Below, in pieces: positions 12,157-24,481 of a DNA stretch of 64,000 bases. The notes below the pieces were generated by a model that made no database searches, was not told the DNA's origin, and saw nothing but the letters and a program-made list of their open reading frames with translations. This DNA comes from Heptranchias perlo (Eukaryota). How positions within the stretch are numbered: the first letter of the stretch is position 1; every line of letters begins with the position of its first letter. The DNA lies in assembly GCF_035084215.1 (NCBI RefSeq), contig NC_090325.1, positions 182,528,001 through 182,592,000 of the forward strand, in the 5' to 3' direction. The position numbers were made by a program, and so were the translations under genes.

Positions 12157-12754
12157 TTAAAATAAAATTGCTGGACTATAACTTGGTGTTGTAAAATTGT
12201 TTAGTCATCCAGGGAGCTATGACTTTGGTTCCCCTTCCTTTCCCCCTCGTAGGGATGTGTCTACTCTGTACCTGAACCAACTCCTCCTTGAAGGCCTCCG
12301 ATTGTTCAATTACTGTTTTGTCTACCAATTTTTGATTCCAATCCACCTGGGCAAGATCCTTTTTTAACTCACTTAAATTTACCCTCCTCCAGTTAAGCAT
12401 TTTCACATTTGATTGTTCCTTGTCCTTTTCCATAACTATTCTAAACCTAATGATATTATGATCACTATTCCCCAAATGCTCCCCCACTGAAACATGCTCC
12501 ACCTTCCCCATTTCATTCCCCAGAACTATATCCATCACTGTTTCCTTCCTATGATCCTATCATTTCTTTCCTACAGTTTCAAAGACGAGGGTTACAAAAC
12601 ACAAGTGTTTGTTTATTAATGTTTCCCAGTTTTGTTTTGTTTTTACTCCCATTTTCTTGGTTCTCAGTGCCAGTATTGAATTACAGATTGACTGACAGCT
12701 AGAGGAATCTCCATCGGAGCACAGTGACTGAACTGTACTAATCATAAGGGATAT

Positions 12755-13135
12755 GGAGAAAGATACTTGAGTACATAATCTAGGCTGATACTTCAATGTA
12801 GTACTAAGGGAGTGCTGCACTGGTAGAGATGCTGACTTTTGGATGAGACGTTAAACCAAGTCTGCCCTCTCAGCTGAACCTAAAAGATCCAATGACACTA
12901 TTCAAAGAAGAGCAGGGAATCTCTCCATGTATCCTGCCAACATTTATCCATCAACCAACATCACTAAAAAACAGATGATTTGGTTATTCTGTCATTGCTG
13001 TTTGTGGGACCTTGCTGTGTTCAAATTGGTTGCTGCGTTTGCCTACAGTACAACAGTGATTATACTTCATGTGCACTTCATTGGGTATGAAGCACTTTGG
13101 GACACCCTGAAGATGCCATATAAATGCAAGTTCTT
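12755..13135 (+). mobile_element. DeuSINE/SacSINE1-like SINE, 5'-truncated
   Basis: ATAATCTAGGCTGA...GTACTAAGGGAGTGCTGCAC...AAAAGATCC...TTATCCATCAACCAAC core, shared with 63635-63955; L2-like tail. Confidence 0.65.
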
Positions 13136-13470
13136 TTGTAAAATCAAATGTGCTGATGATATTAAGCTTTGTGGCCAGGTGCCCAGTATAAAACAGATTT
13201 ATAGCATTCAAAATATCTGGACAAATTAAGTGGATGTTTTAATCAATAGCTGATGAATTTTAATGTGGATATAAATATAGGTTAGTGCACATTGGAAGAT
13301 GTGATGTGTGTGCATAATGAAGTGGTCTTCAGCAAAGATAAAAAGAATTTAGGTGTGATTGTTGTTCATTCACTGAAAATACCAATCAATGTACAACTAT
13401 GGTCAACAGTGCTAATCAAATTCTAGGAAACATATCAAGGGCTTATTATTATAAGTTGAAAGGTTTCTAA
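13136..13470 (+). mobile_element. Old CR1 RT fragment
   Basis: KCADDIKL-like motif and degenerate downstream ORF2 sequence. Confidence 0.55.
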
Positions 13471-14391
13471 CTGATGGAACCGTGTTTCAAGAAGCTCCAT
13501 CTATCTATCTATATCTAAGACTATATCTAGCTATATAACATATTAAAAATCTTACATCTTTTTATCTGTAAACTATTTGTGTAGTCGCCTTTTTGTCACA
13601 CCTTTGTGTCAACATTTTCCATTATAAATTCCTATGGCTACATTTATAATGGAAACTGCCAATGTAAACTTGTTATTTTGTAATTCCATCCTCCCACCAG
13701 TGGTGGCATCATAGCACTTCAGTGTTTCATCTCCCTGCTCTTTCATCTCTTTACTGCAAAGAAACCTTTAATTCTTTTTCTGAAGATGTGTTTGGTATTT
13801 TCCCTTTAGGTGCCCTGGTCAGGGAATGTTAAATCACCTAATTCTATGTTCACTGTGCCACGTACAGGTGCAATACCTTTGGACTGTTGTGATTACTCAC
13901 TGTTTTCAAATATAATAGATATAAAATTTAAGTATATAAAAATAAGGAAGAACGTACCACTTTAAAATAGAGACTGAATTATGGGTCCAATTATCCCCAG
14001 TCCTCTAACCACACTTCACACTTGGTCTTGACTCTCCTTTCCGAATGCCACATAGGAACAGGAGTGGGCCATTCTGCCCATCGAGCCTGCTCCGCCATTT
14101 AATTAGATCATGACTGTTCTGTACCTTAACTCCATTTACCCGCCTTTGATCCATTTCCCTTGATACCTTACCACATTTGATCAACTAGCAATAGATTAAA
14201 AGTCTTGCATCTAGCGGCACAATTTATTTGTTACACTATTTTAATCATGCCTGGGTGCCATGTCTGGGTATTATTTTTAAAGTGTAAGGTATGTATACTT
14301 ACCATTATACTGTAATCTCTTGTAGTTGAACCATCAAAGATGAATTTTGTTTTTAAAATGTTAGCTTAGGTTCACTTTGGAATTGAATTAT

Positions 14392-15327
14392 GGGCCCAGA
14401 ATTTGCTGCAGAAATAACTGCTTGTTAAAGCACATACCATTATTAATGCGTAAAAAACCCAGCAATTTGTGGTGAGGAAGAGATACGGCATGAGATGTGA
14501 ATCACCACAGATTGCTGGGCGATTTGTGCCACTCTGCTGTTAGCATCGCAAAAAGAGGAGCTCGCCGTCAACCTCCCCATGAGTATAAAGAAATTGCTGC
14601 ATTTGTGCTTAAAAAGGAATTAAACTTGCCGCAGAAAGTTAGGGCTGCAATTTAACTGTGTAAGAACCAGGATGCAAGTTAAACTGGGGATATTACAAAA
14701 AGAAGTAAATCCCTCACAGAGAAAATAAAATGCATTAGGGAATGCAACTAAATGATAGAACTGAAACGAAAGAAAGACAGCACAGATTGGAAAGTGTTTT
14801 ACTGGACACGACAGTTGCTGATTGAGAATACGTAGGCTAGTAACTGGCTGGCAAAGCAAGAAATGTTTCTGACCAGCAGAGAGGAAGATCATCAAATTTG
14901 ATTTGTTGTGAATTTCTATAAAATATATAGCTTTTGTGTGTAGGCAGCAGCTGTCGTCGGTTCCGGAATTTCATGAATTAAAAAACAATCTGAACCCTGG
15001 GCAGGAGGCTGTCTTACTCGTATGTTTACGTGTCATGTTCCACAGGCATGTAATTGGATGATATATTAATAAACTTCATTTAAATAATCAGATGTCCAAG
15101 TTTCCACTTCAGAGTTTTGCTAACCCTTCAAATTGTTAAATTTAATTGGTTAAGGAGATAGGCTTTAGGTCCTGTCATTCACCAAGGTCCAAGATGCCTC
15201 GTTGACTGTTATCAATTCACACTTCCAGCAATTTGTGGCACAAAATTAATTGGTGCTAACGGGTGAGATAAAAAATTCAACTCATGGCGCTCACTGCGAG
15301 ATGCCCCACTCCAGCAAATTCTGGGCC
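14392..15327. mobile_element. Non-autonomous TIR element (Harbinger-like MITE)
   Basis: TIRs GGCCCAGAATTTGCTG / CAGCAAATTCTGGGCC; a related end lies at ~46330-46672. Confidence 0.7.
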
Positions 15328-15959
15328 AACATCTTCTAGTTAAAGCAGACATAAAGTGTTACTGCCAATTAGCATGGTATGCACGGCATTCCTTGTCATT
15401 GTCTCTTTGTTCTGGTTCAGGTTGACAATTCTGTACCCACAAGACGCTTGAAGATAGTGATAAATGTGACAGCTGCCAACAATTGCTTCAGTTCATAATT
15501 CATCCATTTATTTCCACGTGGAGCAACAAAGTGGAACTCCATGCTTAGAGCCCATGTGCGGCTTATATCCTTAATTAAAGATAAAAGAACTCAAGAATCT
15601 CAATATCGTTTTTTATGCTGCATCAAGAGAACCAATAAACTTACCTGTGAAAGTTAAGTAATGTATTGCATTCTAAGCTTACTTCTTAATAAACCTGAAC
15701 TACACAGTCTGTTGGCATGGTGCTTTTCAAAATACAGATAATACAGATCAATCTGTATTATTTCTAGGATGATACTCCAATGCAGTACTGAAAGACCATG
15801 CTGTGTGAAAATTGGCTGCAACATTTGACCAAATTACAACAGTGGCTACACTTAAAAAGTACTTCATTGGCCATGGGACATCTTGAGGACATAAAAGGTG
15901 CTATATAAATGTAAGTTAGTTCTTTCTTTCTTTCTTTTCTCTCTCTCGCTCCCTCCCTC

Positions 15960-16450
15960 CAAGGTTAAAGAGTGCACTGATGCCCTCCAGCAATGCAATC
16001 TCAGATATATATATATAGCCAAGTTTTAATTAATTGGGTGTGTGTCCTGACTTTTGCATTGAGCACAAGTGAGACATATTGGGGAGAAATCAAAACTGTA
16101 ACACCAGCCTTGTATAGATCAATGACGAGGCTGCTTATATTGCATGTGGTTGTGAATGCCTTATTTTTGAAAAGACATTGATGCATTGGAGAAGGTTCAG
16201 AGCAGAGTAGCACGGATGATTATGGAACTTAGGGCTCTAAGTTACGAAGAGAGATTTACAGAACTGGACATTTTCTACAGTACCGGATATGAGGCGCAGA
16301 CTCCCAGCAACAGTAGTTAATTAACTCCTTTTAAAAGAACTATACCAACCTCTGGTTAGGAAGGGGATTAAAAGTTATTGAAACAATTATACTTAAAAGT
16401 GGCTATATGCATCATGGAATGCAATGGCTTTTGTCGTGTTGGAATAGTAT
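15960..16450 (+). mobile_element. Old CR1 3' fragment preceded by a SINE/L2 tail (15800-15925)
   Basis: Degenerate LYRSM.R...IDALEKVQSR..RMI..L..LSYEER sequence. Confidence 0.55.
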
Positions 16451-16914
16451 GTGGAAAAGAGCCACTGAGGATCGTTAATGGATGTTATAAATTCAGATAG
16501 ATATTGTAGTTTTGCATGACCTTCTCGAGATCAAGGAGAAGTTTTGCATAACTCTACATCAGGAGTTGAAATAAGTTGGATAGACTCTATTTTAGAATAG
16601 ATTATACACAGTATGTGAAAGGAACGGGCTTAATATTTCAAATGGCTTCTTCTTCTTCCATGTTTTCTTATGTTCTCAGCAGAACCTAGGGCCAAAATTG
16701 GTGCCCAACCTATTTAATTCAGCAGAGTGCGTGTTTAGTGATTCAGTGGCTGACATCAGCTGAGTGGCTCTCCAGGAAATTTGCAAACTGATAAGTCGAG
16801 ATTCAACAAGGGTGCAAAGAAGCAATTCCAATGAATGTTTGTGCAACCAGATAGAGTGCTTAAAAACATTTTTATGTTGTTATATTAATATTTGGCAGTA
16901 ATACCGTTGTTACT

Positions 16915-17905
16915 TTTTTTTTATTCGTTCATGGGATGTGGGTGTCGCTGGCAAGGCCAGCATTTATTGCCCATCCCTATTTGCCCTTGAGAAGGTGGTG
17001 ATGAGCCACCTTCTTGAACCGCTGCAGTCCGTGTGGTGAAGGTTCTCCCGCAGTGCTGTTAGGTAGGGAGTTCCAGGATTTTGACCCAGCGACGATGAAG
17101 AAACGGTGATATATTTCCAAGTTGGGATGGTGTGCGACTTGGAAGGGAACGTGCAGGTGGTGTTGTTCCCATGTGCCTGTTGCCCTTATCCTTCTAGGTG
17201 GTAGAGGTCGCGGGTTTTGGAGGTGCTGTTGAAGAAGCCTTGGCGAGTTGCTGCAGTGCATCCTGTGGATGGTACACACTGCAGCCACGGTGCGCCGGTG
17301 GAAGGGAGTGAATGTTTAGGGTGGTGGATGGGGTGCCAATCAAGCGGGCTGTTTTGTCCTGGGTGGTGTCGAGCTTCTTGAATGTTGTTGGAGCTGCACT
17401 TATCCAGGCAAGTGGAGAGTATTCCATCACACTCCTGACTTGTGCCTTGTAGATGTTGGAAAGGCTTTGGGGAGTTAGGAGTCTGACCTGCTCTTGTAGC
17501 CACAGTATTTATATGGCTGGTCCAGTTAAGTTTCTGGTCAATGGTGACCCTCAGGATGTTGATGGTGGGGGATTCAGTGATGGTAATGCCGTTGAATGTC
17601 AAGGGGAGGTGGTTAGACCCTCTCTTGTTGGAGATGGTCATTGTCTGGCACTTATCTGGTGCAATCATCAGCAAACATCCCCATTTCTGACCTTATGATG
17701 GAGGGAAGGCCATTGATGAAGCAGCTGAAGATGATTGGGCCTAGGAGACTGCCCTGAGGAACTCCTGCAGCAATGTGCTGGGGCTGAGATGATTGGGCTC
17801 CAACAACCACTACCATCTTCCTTTGTGCTAGGTATGACTCCAGCCACTGGAGAATTTTCCCCCTGATTCCCATTGACTTCAATTTTACTAGGGCTCCTTG
17901 GTGCT
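16915..17905 (-). mobile_element. Second copy of the 5865-7657 LINE family (3' part)
   Basis: GVPQGSLLGP, FADD, VRSVMEYSPLAW and the same 3' tail. Confidence 0.88.
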
Positions 17906-18094
17906 GTTGATGGTAATCCTATTACATTACTATTGACAGTAAACTGTTATATTAATGTTAGCAGTAATAATGTTAATGTTGATAGTAATACAGTTGCATT
18001 ACTGTTGGTGGTAATATTGTTGCATTACTGTTGGTGACAATACTATTGTCATATTACTGTTGGTGGCAACAATGGACAAACACTTGACACAATT

Positions 18095-18528
18095 GGGCCC
18101 GGGGTGAGCGATCGGGGGTTGGGAGAGGAGGCCGGGGCGGGGGCAATTGGGGGCTTGGGAGAAGGATTGAATGAGGTCCAGAGGAGCATGAGTGCTTACA
18201 TTCAGGTAAGTTTCTTACCTTCTTTGTTGCAGGCATTCCATTAGGCTGGTTTCCCTGCGTGTAACCCGCAATGGTGCTGGCTGCCTCAGGGCAAACCAAT
18301 TCTGGAGAGGGGACCTCAAGCAGGCATTAGGCCCTTTATTTGCATATGCAAAGGGCCTAACTCCTGCTTCAGGAGTGGGTAAAGGACGCCTTTTGTTCGT
18401 CCTTACCCAACATGGTGGGCGGCGCACTTCCGGCCAGAAACGTGCGCATGCTTCCTGCCCGCCTAGGGGCCTTAGTAGTCGGAGTAGCGCCTGAGAAATG
18501 GACGGTGTGCGGACCAATTTCTAGGCCC
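18095..18528. mobile_element. Truncated Harbinger-like MITE (family shared with 23943-24481)
   Basis: End ACCAATTTCTAGGCCC; internal GGCATTAGGCCC..TTGCATATGC motif also present at ~24121-24145. Confidence 0.6.
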
Positions 18529-21249
18529 ACGAATCTTTCATTATTAGATATTCAAGTGAGACAGCATTGTTCAAACAGGGTACTGTGGACAATTATTGGG
18601 GGGTGGGAATCAAAAGCATGTGCTAAAGCTGCAGCTCATGATACCTATAGTAAATTCATAAGTGGAAATGTTAACTGCAGCCCTGCACATAAAATTATAC
18701 AGTCAGCTACTGAGTGTACTTTGGGACTGATGGAACAAAGATTGAAATATCTGAATGGCTCATTAGATGACCCAATAAAATTGCAGTTTGCTGTGTGCTG
18801 CAGAATCTTGAAGGATGATAAAATTGCAAATTACTGAGAAGTGTCGTGAAAATGGAGTCTCAGGAGCTTCAGTAGCCTACACCTGAAGATGGTATCCTGG
18901 AACTGGTTAAAATGTGCAACCAAATAATAGTTTATTTCAATGTATTTAGTAAAACTGTCAAATTGTCCTTTCTTGTGGTATACATAGTTACAGTCTGTAA
19001 CATAGTTCATAATGATGCTTAGTGAATATGTTTTATACCCCAATTTCTCCCTTTCTGAAGATGCTGACTCATGCTGGAACCATTTCATAATCTCTGGCAG
19101 TGTTCTGTTTCCTCACTCAAATTTCTATTCTTCATGTGCGAGCCTAAAAACTGAGGCCTATGTTTTCCAATTGTAATGCCAATGATAAAGTGAATGGGCT
19201 ACCATACATGGTACAACCAGAAAACCTAGGTCTGAACGGCAGCAGGCTATTTAACCATTAAGGAAATCATAGTCAAGCCAGATTCTTTTCTCACCTGGCA
19301 TCCACACATAATGCACTTTCTACTAGATAGTGATCAGGAATGGGAATCCTGGTTGATTTTTTTCTAAACATAGCCTGGGACCTGGTCCATGTTTACCTTG
19401 AGTTGGAATAACTACATAATAATCATAAAAATACCGATTGTAAAACTGATGTGCAGGAATTGTTGGACTCCAGACTGGATGCAGTCCACAGTATATGATA
19501 ACTGAGACCTCATATGGGCTGTTGTAAAATCTTCTCTGGCCTATGGAGCAAATAACAGGGCATCAGCTCTGAGGAAAGGACACAAATGAGAACAGGATTA
19601 CAGTTGTTTGTTGGGAATGTTCAACAGAGATTAATGGTTTCACTGTGAGTGGTTTATCTAGTTAGCTGTTTTGAGCCAATGAAATAAATCTTGGAACATC
19701 AGAGGCTGGCTGATGTGACTCATGCCAATGATTTTTCTTTGGTGACGTCTAACTGAAGCTGTATATCCCTAATATACCACAAAGACATTGGGTCCTCCCT
19801 GTAGACGGTTTGCGACATCTTCTGCCCTGATACACAGTCATCAGCTGGTGCTGCTGCATGTGTTATATATACACTGTTACAAATTCAGGTATGCTGTAAA
19901 TACTTTTTTGGGTTCAGTAGCATCAGTCACTCCTGTATGCATCCAAACATCTTACTTTTATTAGAGTTGACTCACATTGCGCTATATCTACTTGCACAAT
20001 AGTGTAACTGGAGGGTGTAACATTAGTACCTCCTTGTCACCAGAACTGATATTTGTGCCTTTCATACATGCCCTTATGTGCCTCTCCAATCTTTCCCAAG
20101 ATGGATCAAGAACACACTGAGTAAGATGAGGCTTGATACAAACTGACAAGGTGCTTTATTTCACAGTAAAGTGAACATTCAAAACAACAGTTATGATTGG
20201 ACTCTCCTAATTCAGTTATATCTTCACGTATAATAAAGAACATAATAAAGAATTCAATAATCAAGAACACGCCATGCTTTCCCACATTAGGGTCATCTTA
20301 TTTGACTTAAATAAGGTGACTTCCATCTGTCCTTCAGCATTTCTAGCCTCTTAATCTTGGCGAAAGCCCTCGCGGCTTTCTCTTTAAAAACGGAAGTGAC
20401 CTCGTAGCCTTTGCCTCTGTGTTTTTTTATCTCACTCAGTTCATAGCCAAAAAGGAAGGCCTGCCAAGCGCCCGGAACCAGAGACTGTGTGAAGTGTTTA
20501 TTGATCACTAAGACAAGCAAATTAATTGCTTCCTTTTTACAGTTTTGGATTGAACATCCACTTATTCATGTAAGTCTTTCCAAAACTGGCAGTGCTATTT
20601 CCTCTGTGCCAGTTGCATGCTTATGTATGGCAGAACAAACTACTAGGTTTGAAGGTTCAATTGAAGCCATTCTGGTATCTGAAATCTGAGTTTCTGGTGT
20701 AGATGATAGATTATACACTTACGTTGTGGCTAAGCCAGAAGGTCCAGTTCTATTTGCGAAGAGAAGGAATTAATGAAGTTGGGAGGATATCCCTCCAACT
20801 TCAGGATCTTCATATGCTCAATGATAAATGCAACTGTTTATTGATAAATAATAAGTAACAGTGCATAATAACCATTAATATAAATTTTTGTGTACTCTAT
20901 TCATTGCATTTGAAAAAGTAGCAATATTTTACATCGTCATTACAAAAAAGAAAGAAAAACCTAGAGTTTATGAGCTTCTTCCAACTGTATGCCCTCCACA
21001 TCCTGCAAAGTCCCAGGGGAAAACATTTATAGAACTTTCCTCTCTGCTTAGTTAAGTTGCTGTGTCTGTGATTTTCCTTCAGGTCACTCGCACAGCAGTT
21101 GAATGCAATTTTGTTTCTTGGATACCCTTTTTAAATTGACATGTTTTCAAATAACCTACCAAAATTCTTTTTGATTGCATGCAGTCACTGAGTTATCTGC
21201 CCCTTCTCATTTTGCATTTGAGGATGCCTGATGTCCCCAAAAATCAAAG

Positions 21250-21400
21250 GCGGTTATTTTGATGTTGGGTGACAGTGTAAAATGGGAGACATCAATTCAG
21301 CCACCCATTATACATCTCTCCAGGACAGAGAGAAGTATAACAGGCGGCTGAATCAATGTCGCCTGTTTTACCCTATGACCCAAAGTCAAAATTACGCCCG
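21250..21400. mobile_element. Hairpin MITE, older copy
   Basis: Imperfect ~40-bp TIRs; AAG at both flanks; homologous to 23321-23442. Confidence 0.7.
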
Positions 21401-22431
21401 AAGACTCTCTGGGCATTACCTCTTCCAGCAAGCGTTTAAGCTCATACTAAGTACATTTTCACATTCTCTGCTAAATTTCCTGATCATTGTTGTTGGAAAG
21501 ATTTCAGCAATGTGTCTTCTAGGGGCTGAGGTAACTTTATGCTTGCTGTGATGCTCTAACTGATTATTTGTGCAATTTTAATTTTCTGTCAGTGAAATTC
21601 AATTGCATGGTAGCATTAGAAATTTTGGCAGGAATTACTGAGCAAAGTTATTACCTCCAAAAGTGGCTAAATTTTTCTCAAAATGCCTTTCCACTTGGGA
21701 AATAACGCAATTTACCTATAAAATATAATAGGCACCCTGGAGTGTTTTCAAGACAGGAATCGAATATCAGATATCAGATTTGTTATAAATTGCTGTGACT
21801 TAGAAAGTTACCTGAACTCCCCAATGAATTAGTGCCTTAAAATCACTCTCATGTGTCCATTGCTCTCTATAGTTCCAAGGCATTGAATCATTTTGTATAG
21901 ATCTTTGTAGGTTTTGTACCATTCTATGTAAAGAAGAGCCCTATATTTTTATTCTTCTTTCCAGGCTATTTATATTGTGGTCATGAGGACAAGAGGCCAT
22001 CCAGCACGAACGTGGTCCAGAGCTGACTCTGCTTCCATTTTGTCTTAAGTTACAGTGTTTATTCTCCCAAATTTTTAAGAAATTACTTCCAGAAGCTCCA
22101 AAATTTAATCTCCAGTCTGTGGCCAAGTTAGTTAATCTCAATCTGGAAAGCAGTACAATTGACCTCTGAATTGGGTGGGGGTGGGGCAAAGAATCATCCA
22201 GAGTTTCCTCCTGATCATTATCTAGTGACCCCCCCCCCCCCCACCCCGTACTAGAAATGGCAGATTGGGCTCAGCTTTGTACTGATTTACACATGAAGAA
22301 TATGCCTACTTGGAAGAAGTACCAGTGGACTGCAAGTGCTCATTGAACCATAACCCAGTAGGAGTCAGTGATTTCAGGAGAGGAAAGAAAAAAATGGGAA
22401 AAATTGAGGAAGAAATTAGAGAAAATTGAGA

Positions 22432-23149
22432 AAAAACAGAGAGGTATTGCTGCAGTTATATAAGGTATTGGTGAGACCGCACCTGGAATACTGCATACAG
22501 TTTTGGTCTCCATACTTAAGAAAAGACATACTTGCTCTCGAGGCAGTACAAAGAAGGTTCACTCGGTTAATCCCAGGGATGAGGGGGTGGACATATGAGG
22601 AGAGGTTGAGTAGATTGGGACTCTACTCATTGGAGTTCAGAAGAATGAGAGGCGATCTTATTGAAACATATAAGATTGTGAAAGGGCTTGATCGGGTGGA
22701 TGCAGTAAGGATGTTCCCAAGGATGGATGAAACTAGAACGAGGGGGCATAATCTTAGAATAAGGGGCTGCTCTTTCAAAACTGAGATGAGGAGAAACTTC
22801 TTCACTCAGAGGATAGTAGGTCTGTGGAATTTGCTGCCCCAGGAAGCTGTGGAAGCTACATCATTAAATAAATTTAAAACAGAAACAGACAGTTTCCTAG
22901 AAGTAAAGGGAATTAGGGGTTACGGGGAGCGAGCAGGAAATTGGACATGAAGCTGAGTTCGGATCGGTCAAGGCCCTGTGGGTGGCGGAGCGGGCCCAGG
23001 GGCTGAGTGACCGGGTCCTGCTCCTACTTCTTGTGTTCTTTAGATTTGAAGTTAGGATCAGATCAGCCATGATCTTATTGAATGGCGGAGCAGGCTCGAG
23101 GGGCCGATTGGCCTACTCCTGCTCCTATTTCTTATGTTCTTATGTTCTT
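22432..23149 (+). mobile_element. Young CR1 3' fragment with a double 3'UTR
   Basis: Open ORF2 end 22426-22950 (VRPHLEYCIQFWSP...GLYSLEFRRMRGD); (TTCTTATG)n tail. Confidence 0.92.
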
Positions 23150-23320
23150 AAATTCTTTCCAATACTGTCCACTACACAGATATTTGCATTTTTGTTTCAA
23201 TTTCACTTTCAGGGAGCATGAAGTTTGCATTCTCACACCTTTGACCTCTGCATCTCACCTTTGGGTTCCTGTTAGCTTCGGTGCCAGGATTTACGGAGGT
23301 CAGCAGGGTAAGGACACAAG

Positions 23321-23442
23321 GGGGGTCATTTTGACTTTGGGCGATAGTGTAAAATGGGCGATATCAGATCAGTCGCCCATTAGCAAGCAGCTGATCCGAT
23401 ATCGCCCATTTCACACTGTTGCCCAAAGTCAAAATTACCCCC
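23321..23442. mobile_element. 122-bp hairpin MITE with 3-bp TSD
   Basis: GGGGGTCATTTTGACTTTGGGCGATAGTGTAAAATGGGCGATATC pairs with GATATCGCCCATTTCACACTGTTGCCCAAAGTCAAAATTACCCCC; TSD AAG at 23318-23320 and 23443-23445. Confidence 0.85.
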
Positions 23443-23942
23443 AAGCTGTGTAATCTTGAAACTAAGGTCTGCAATGAAACTTAAGAGTATCATCACAATG
23501 AATGATGCTAGGATTTAAACAATACAATTGGTTGGCCACTTTAGTTGGTGTCTGTGCTTCAGAGAAAATGTAATTAGGGGGTAACCAGGTGATGTAGCTT
23601 TATGTTAAAACATCTGTTTCCTTCTCCAAGTGACATCAATTTGACAGCCAGACCTACATTTTCATAAGTTGTCTAGTCGCAAATGGTATTTTCATTAGCT
23701 CCATAAATACATCTGAATACCTTTGACTGTTATATTAATATTTTTGTCCTTTCTTTCTTATTTGCAATATTCTTACCACCTTCTCTCATGTTTCCCAATT
23801 CCAAATTCAGCAGTATATGTATCATAGTATGTTACAGTATCATAGTATGTTACAACACAGAAAGAGGTCATTTGGCCCATCATGTCTGTGCCACTGTCCA
23901 TATATATGGATATGGACATGGCACAAAAATATAAGGAGAGTT

Positions 23943-24481
23943 GGAGGAATAGAAATTGGTCTTTATTGCACTATTGCTCCTGTTTTCCAGATGGAAAATT
24001 GGGGCAAAATTGACCAATTTTACTGGGCTATTTCCTGCAGCCCAAGGACGCCTGAAAAACGTCCGATGTCATATTGGTCTTGGATGATTTGCAGAAATCC
24101 AAGTTGGCCGCATAAAACAGGCATTAGGCCCCTTGCATATGCTAATGAGGAGCCTAACGTCTGTTTTTGGTCCCCTCCAAGACATTGGAGTGTCCTGAGA
24201 GGAGCAGGCATCCACTCAGGCTTTCAGGACATGGATGCGGCCTTGAAACCGGCCGCATAGAAACTCCTGCCAGCTGTTGCTGGCCGCGATCGTTCCCCTC
24301 CCGCTATCCTCTCCCCCTCCTGGAACTTACCTGAGGACCGCTTTCAGCGAGGCAAGCAGCTCGAAATTCATCTTCTGAAACGGGCGAGCTGCCTGTGGAG
24401 GTGCGACAGGCGTCGGCAGCTTGTCTAAATTACTGAAATGAAGCCTGAGGCCGAAAACGGGCCCAGACAAATTTCTACCCC
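23943..24481. mobile_element. Harbinger-like MITE
   Basis: TAGAAATTGGTC ... GACAAATTTCTACCCC imperfect TIRs; GC/CpG-rich interior. Confidence 0.6.

Larger units (their letters stand above)
8747..12199. mobile_element. Palindromic (head-to-head) Penelope-like retrotransposon insertion, PLE family A
   Basis: Arms 8747-10454 (-) and ~10460-12199 (+) are near-identical inverted copies; 12-bp TSD TTTAGTCATCCA at 8735-8746 and 12200-12211. Confidence 0.95.
2447..12550 (-). mobile_element. CR1 LINE host copy split into six pieces by nested insertions (2447-3142, 3419-3849, 5417-5864, 7658-7707, 8408-8746, 12212-12550)
   Basis: ORF2 fragments are collinear on the minus strand: C-terminal LGLFSLEQRRLRGD and VRPQLEYCVQLWAP, then KSPSPDGMHPRLL, then endonuclease HLGNSDHNII. 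CR1 3' tail at 2447-2520. Confidence 0.85.

Noticed and set aside
8747-12199. Palindrome as an assembly or chimeric-read artefact
   Set aside because: The TSD is intact, the host CR1 continues on both sides, and the arms differ by substitutions, a deletion and tail content. The same layout recurs at 57388-57486.
17905-18075. (TGTTGGTGGTAATA)-like repeats
   Set aside because: Simple low-complexity decay with no further structure.
20035-20490. Possible solo LTRs here and at ~48145-48730
   Set aside because: Minus-strand AATAAA and TG starts are seen, but no matching CA end with a TSD could be fixed.
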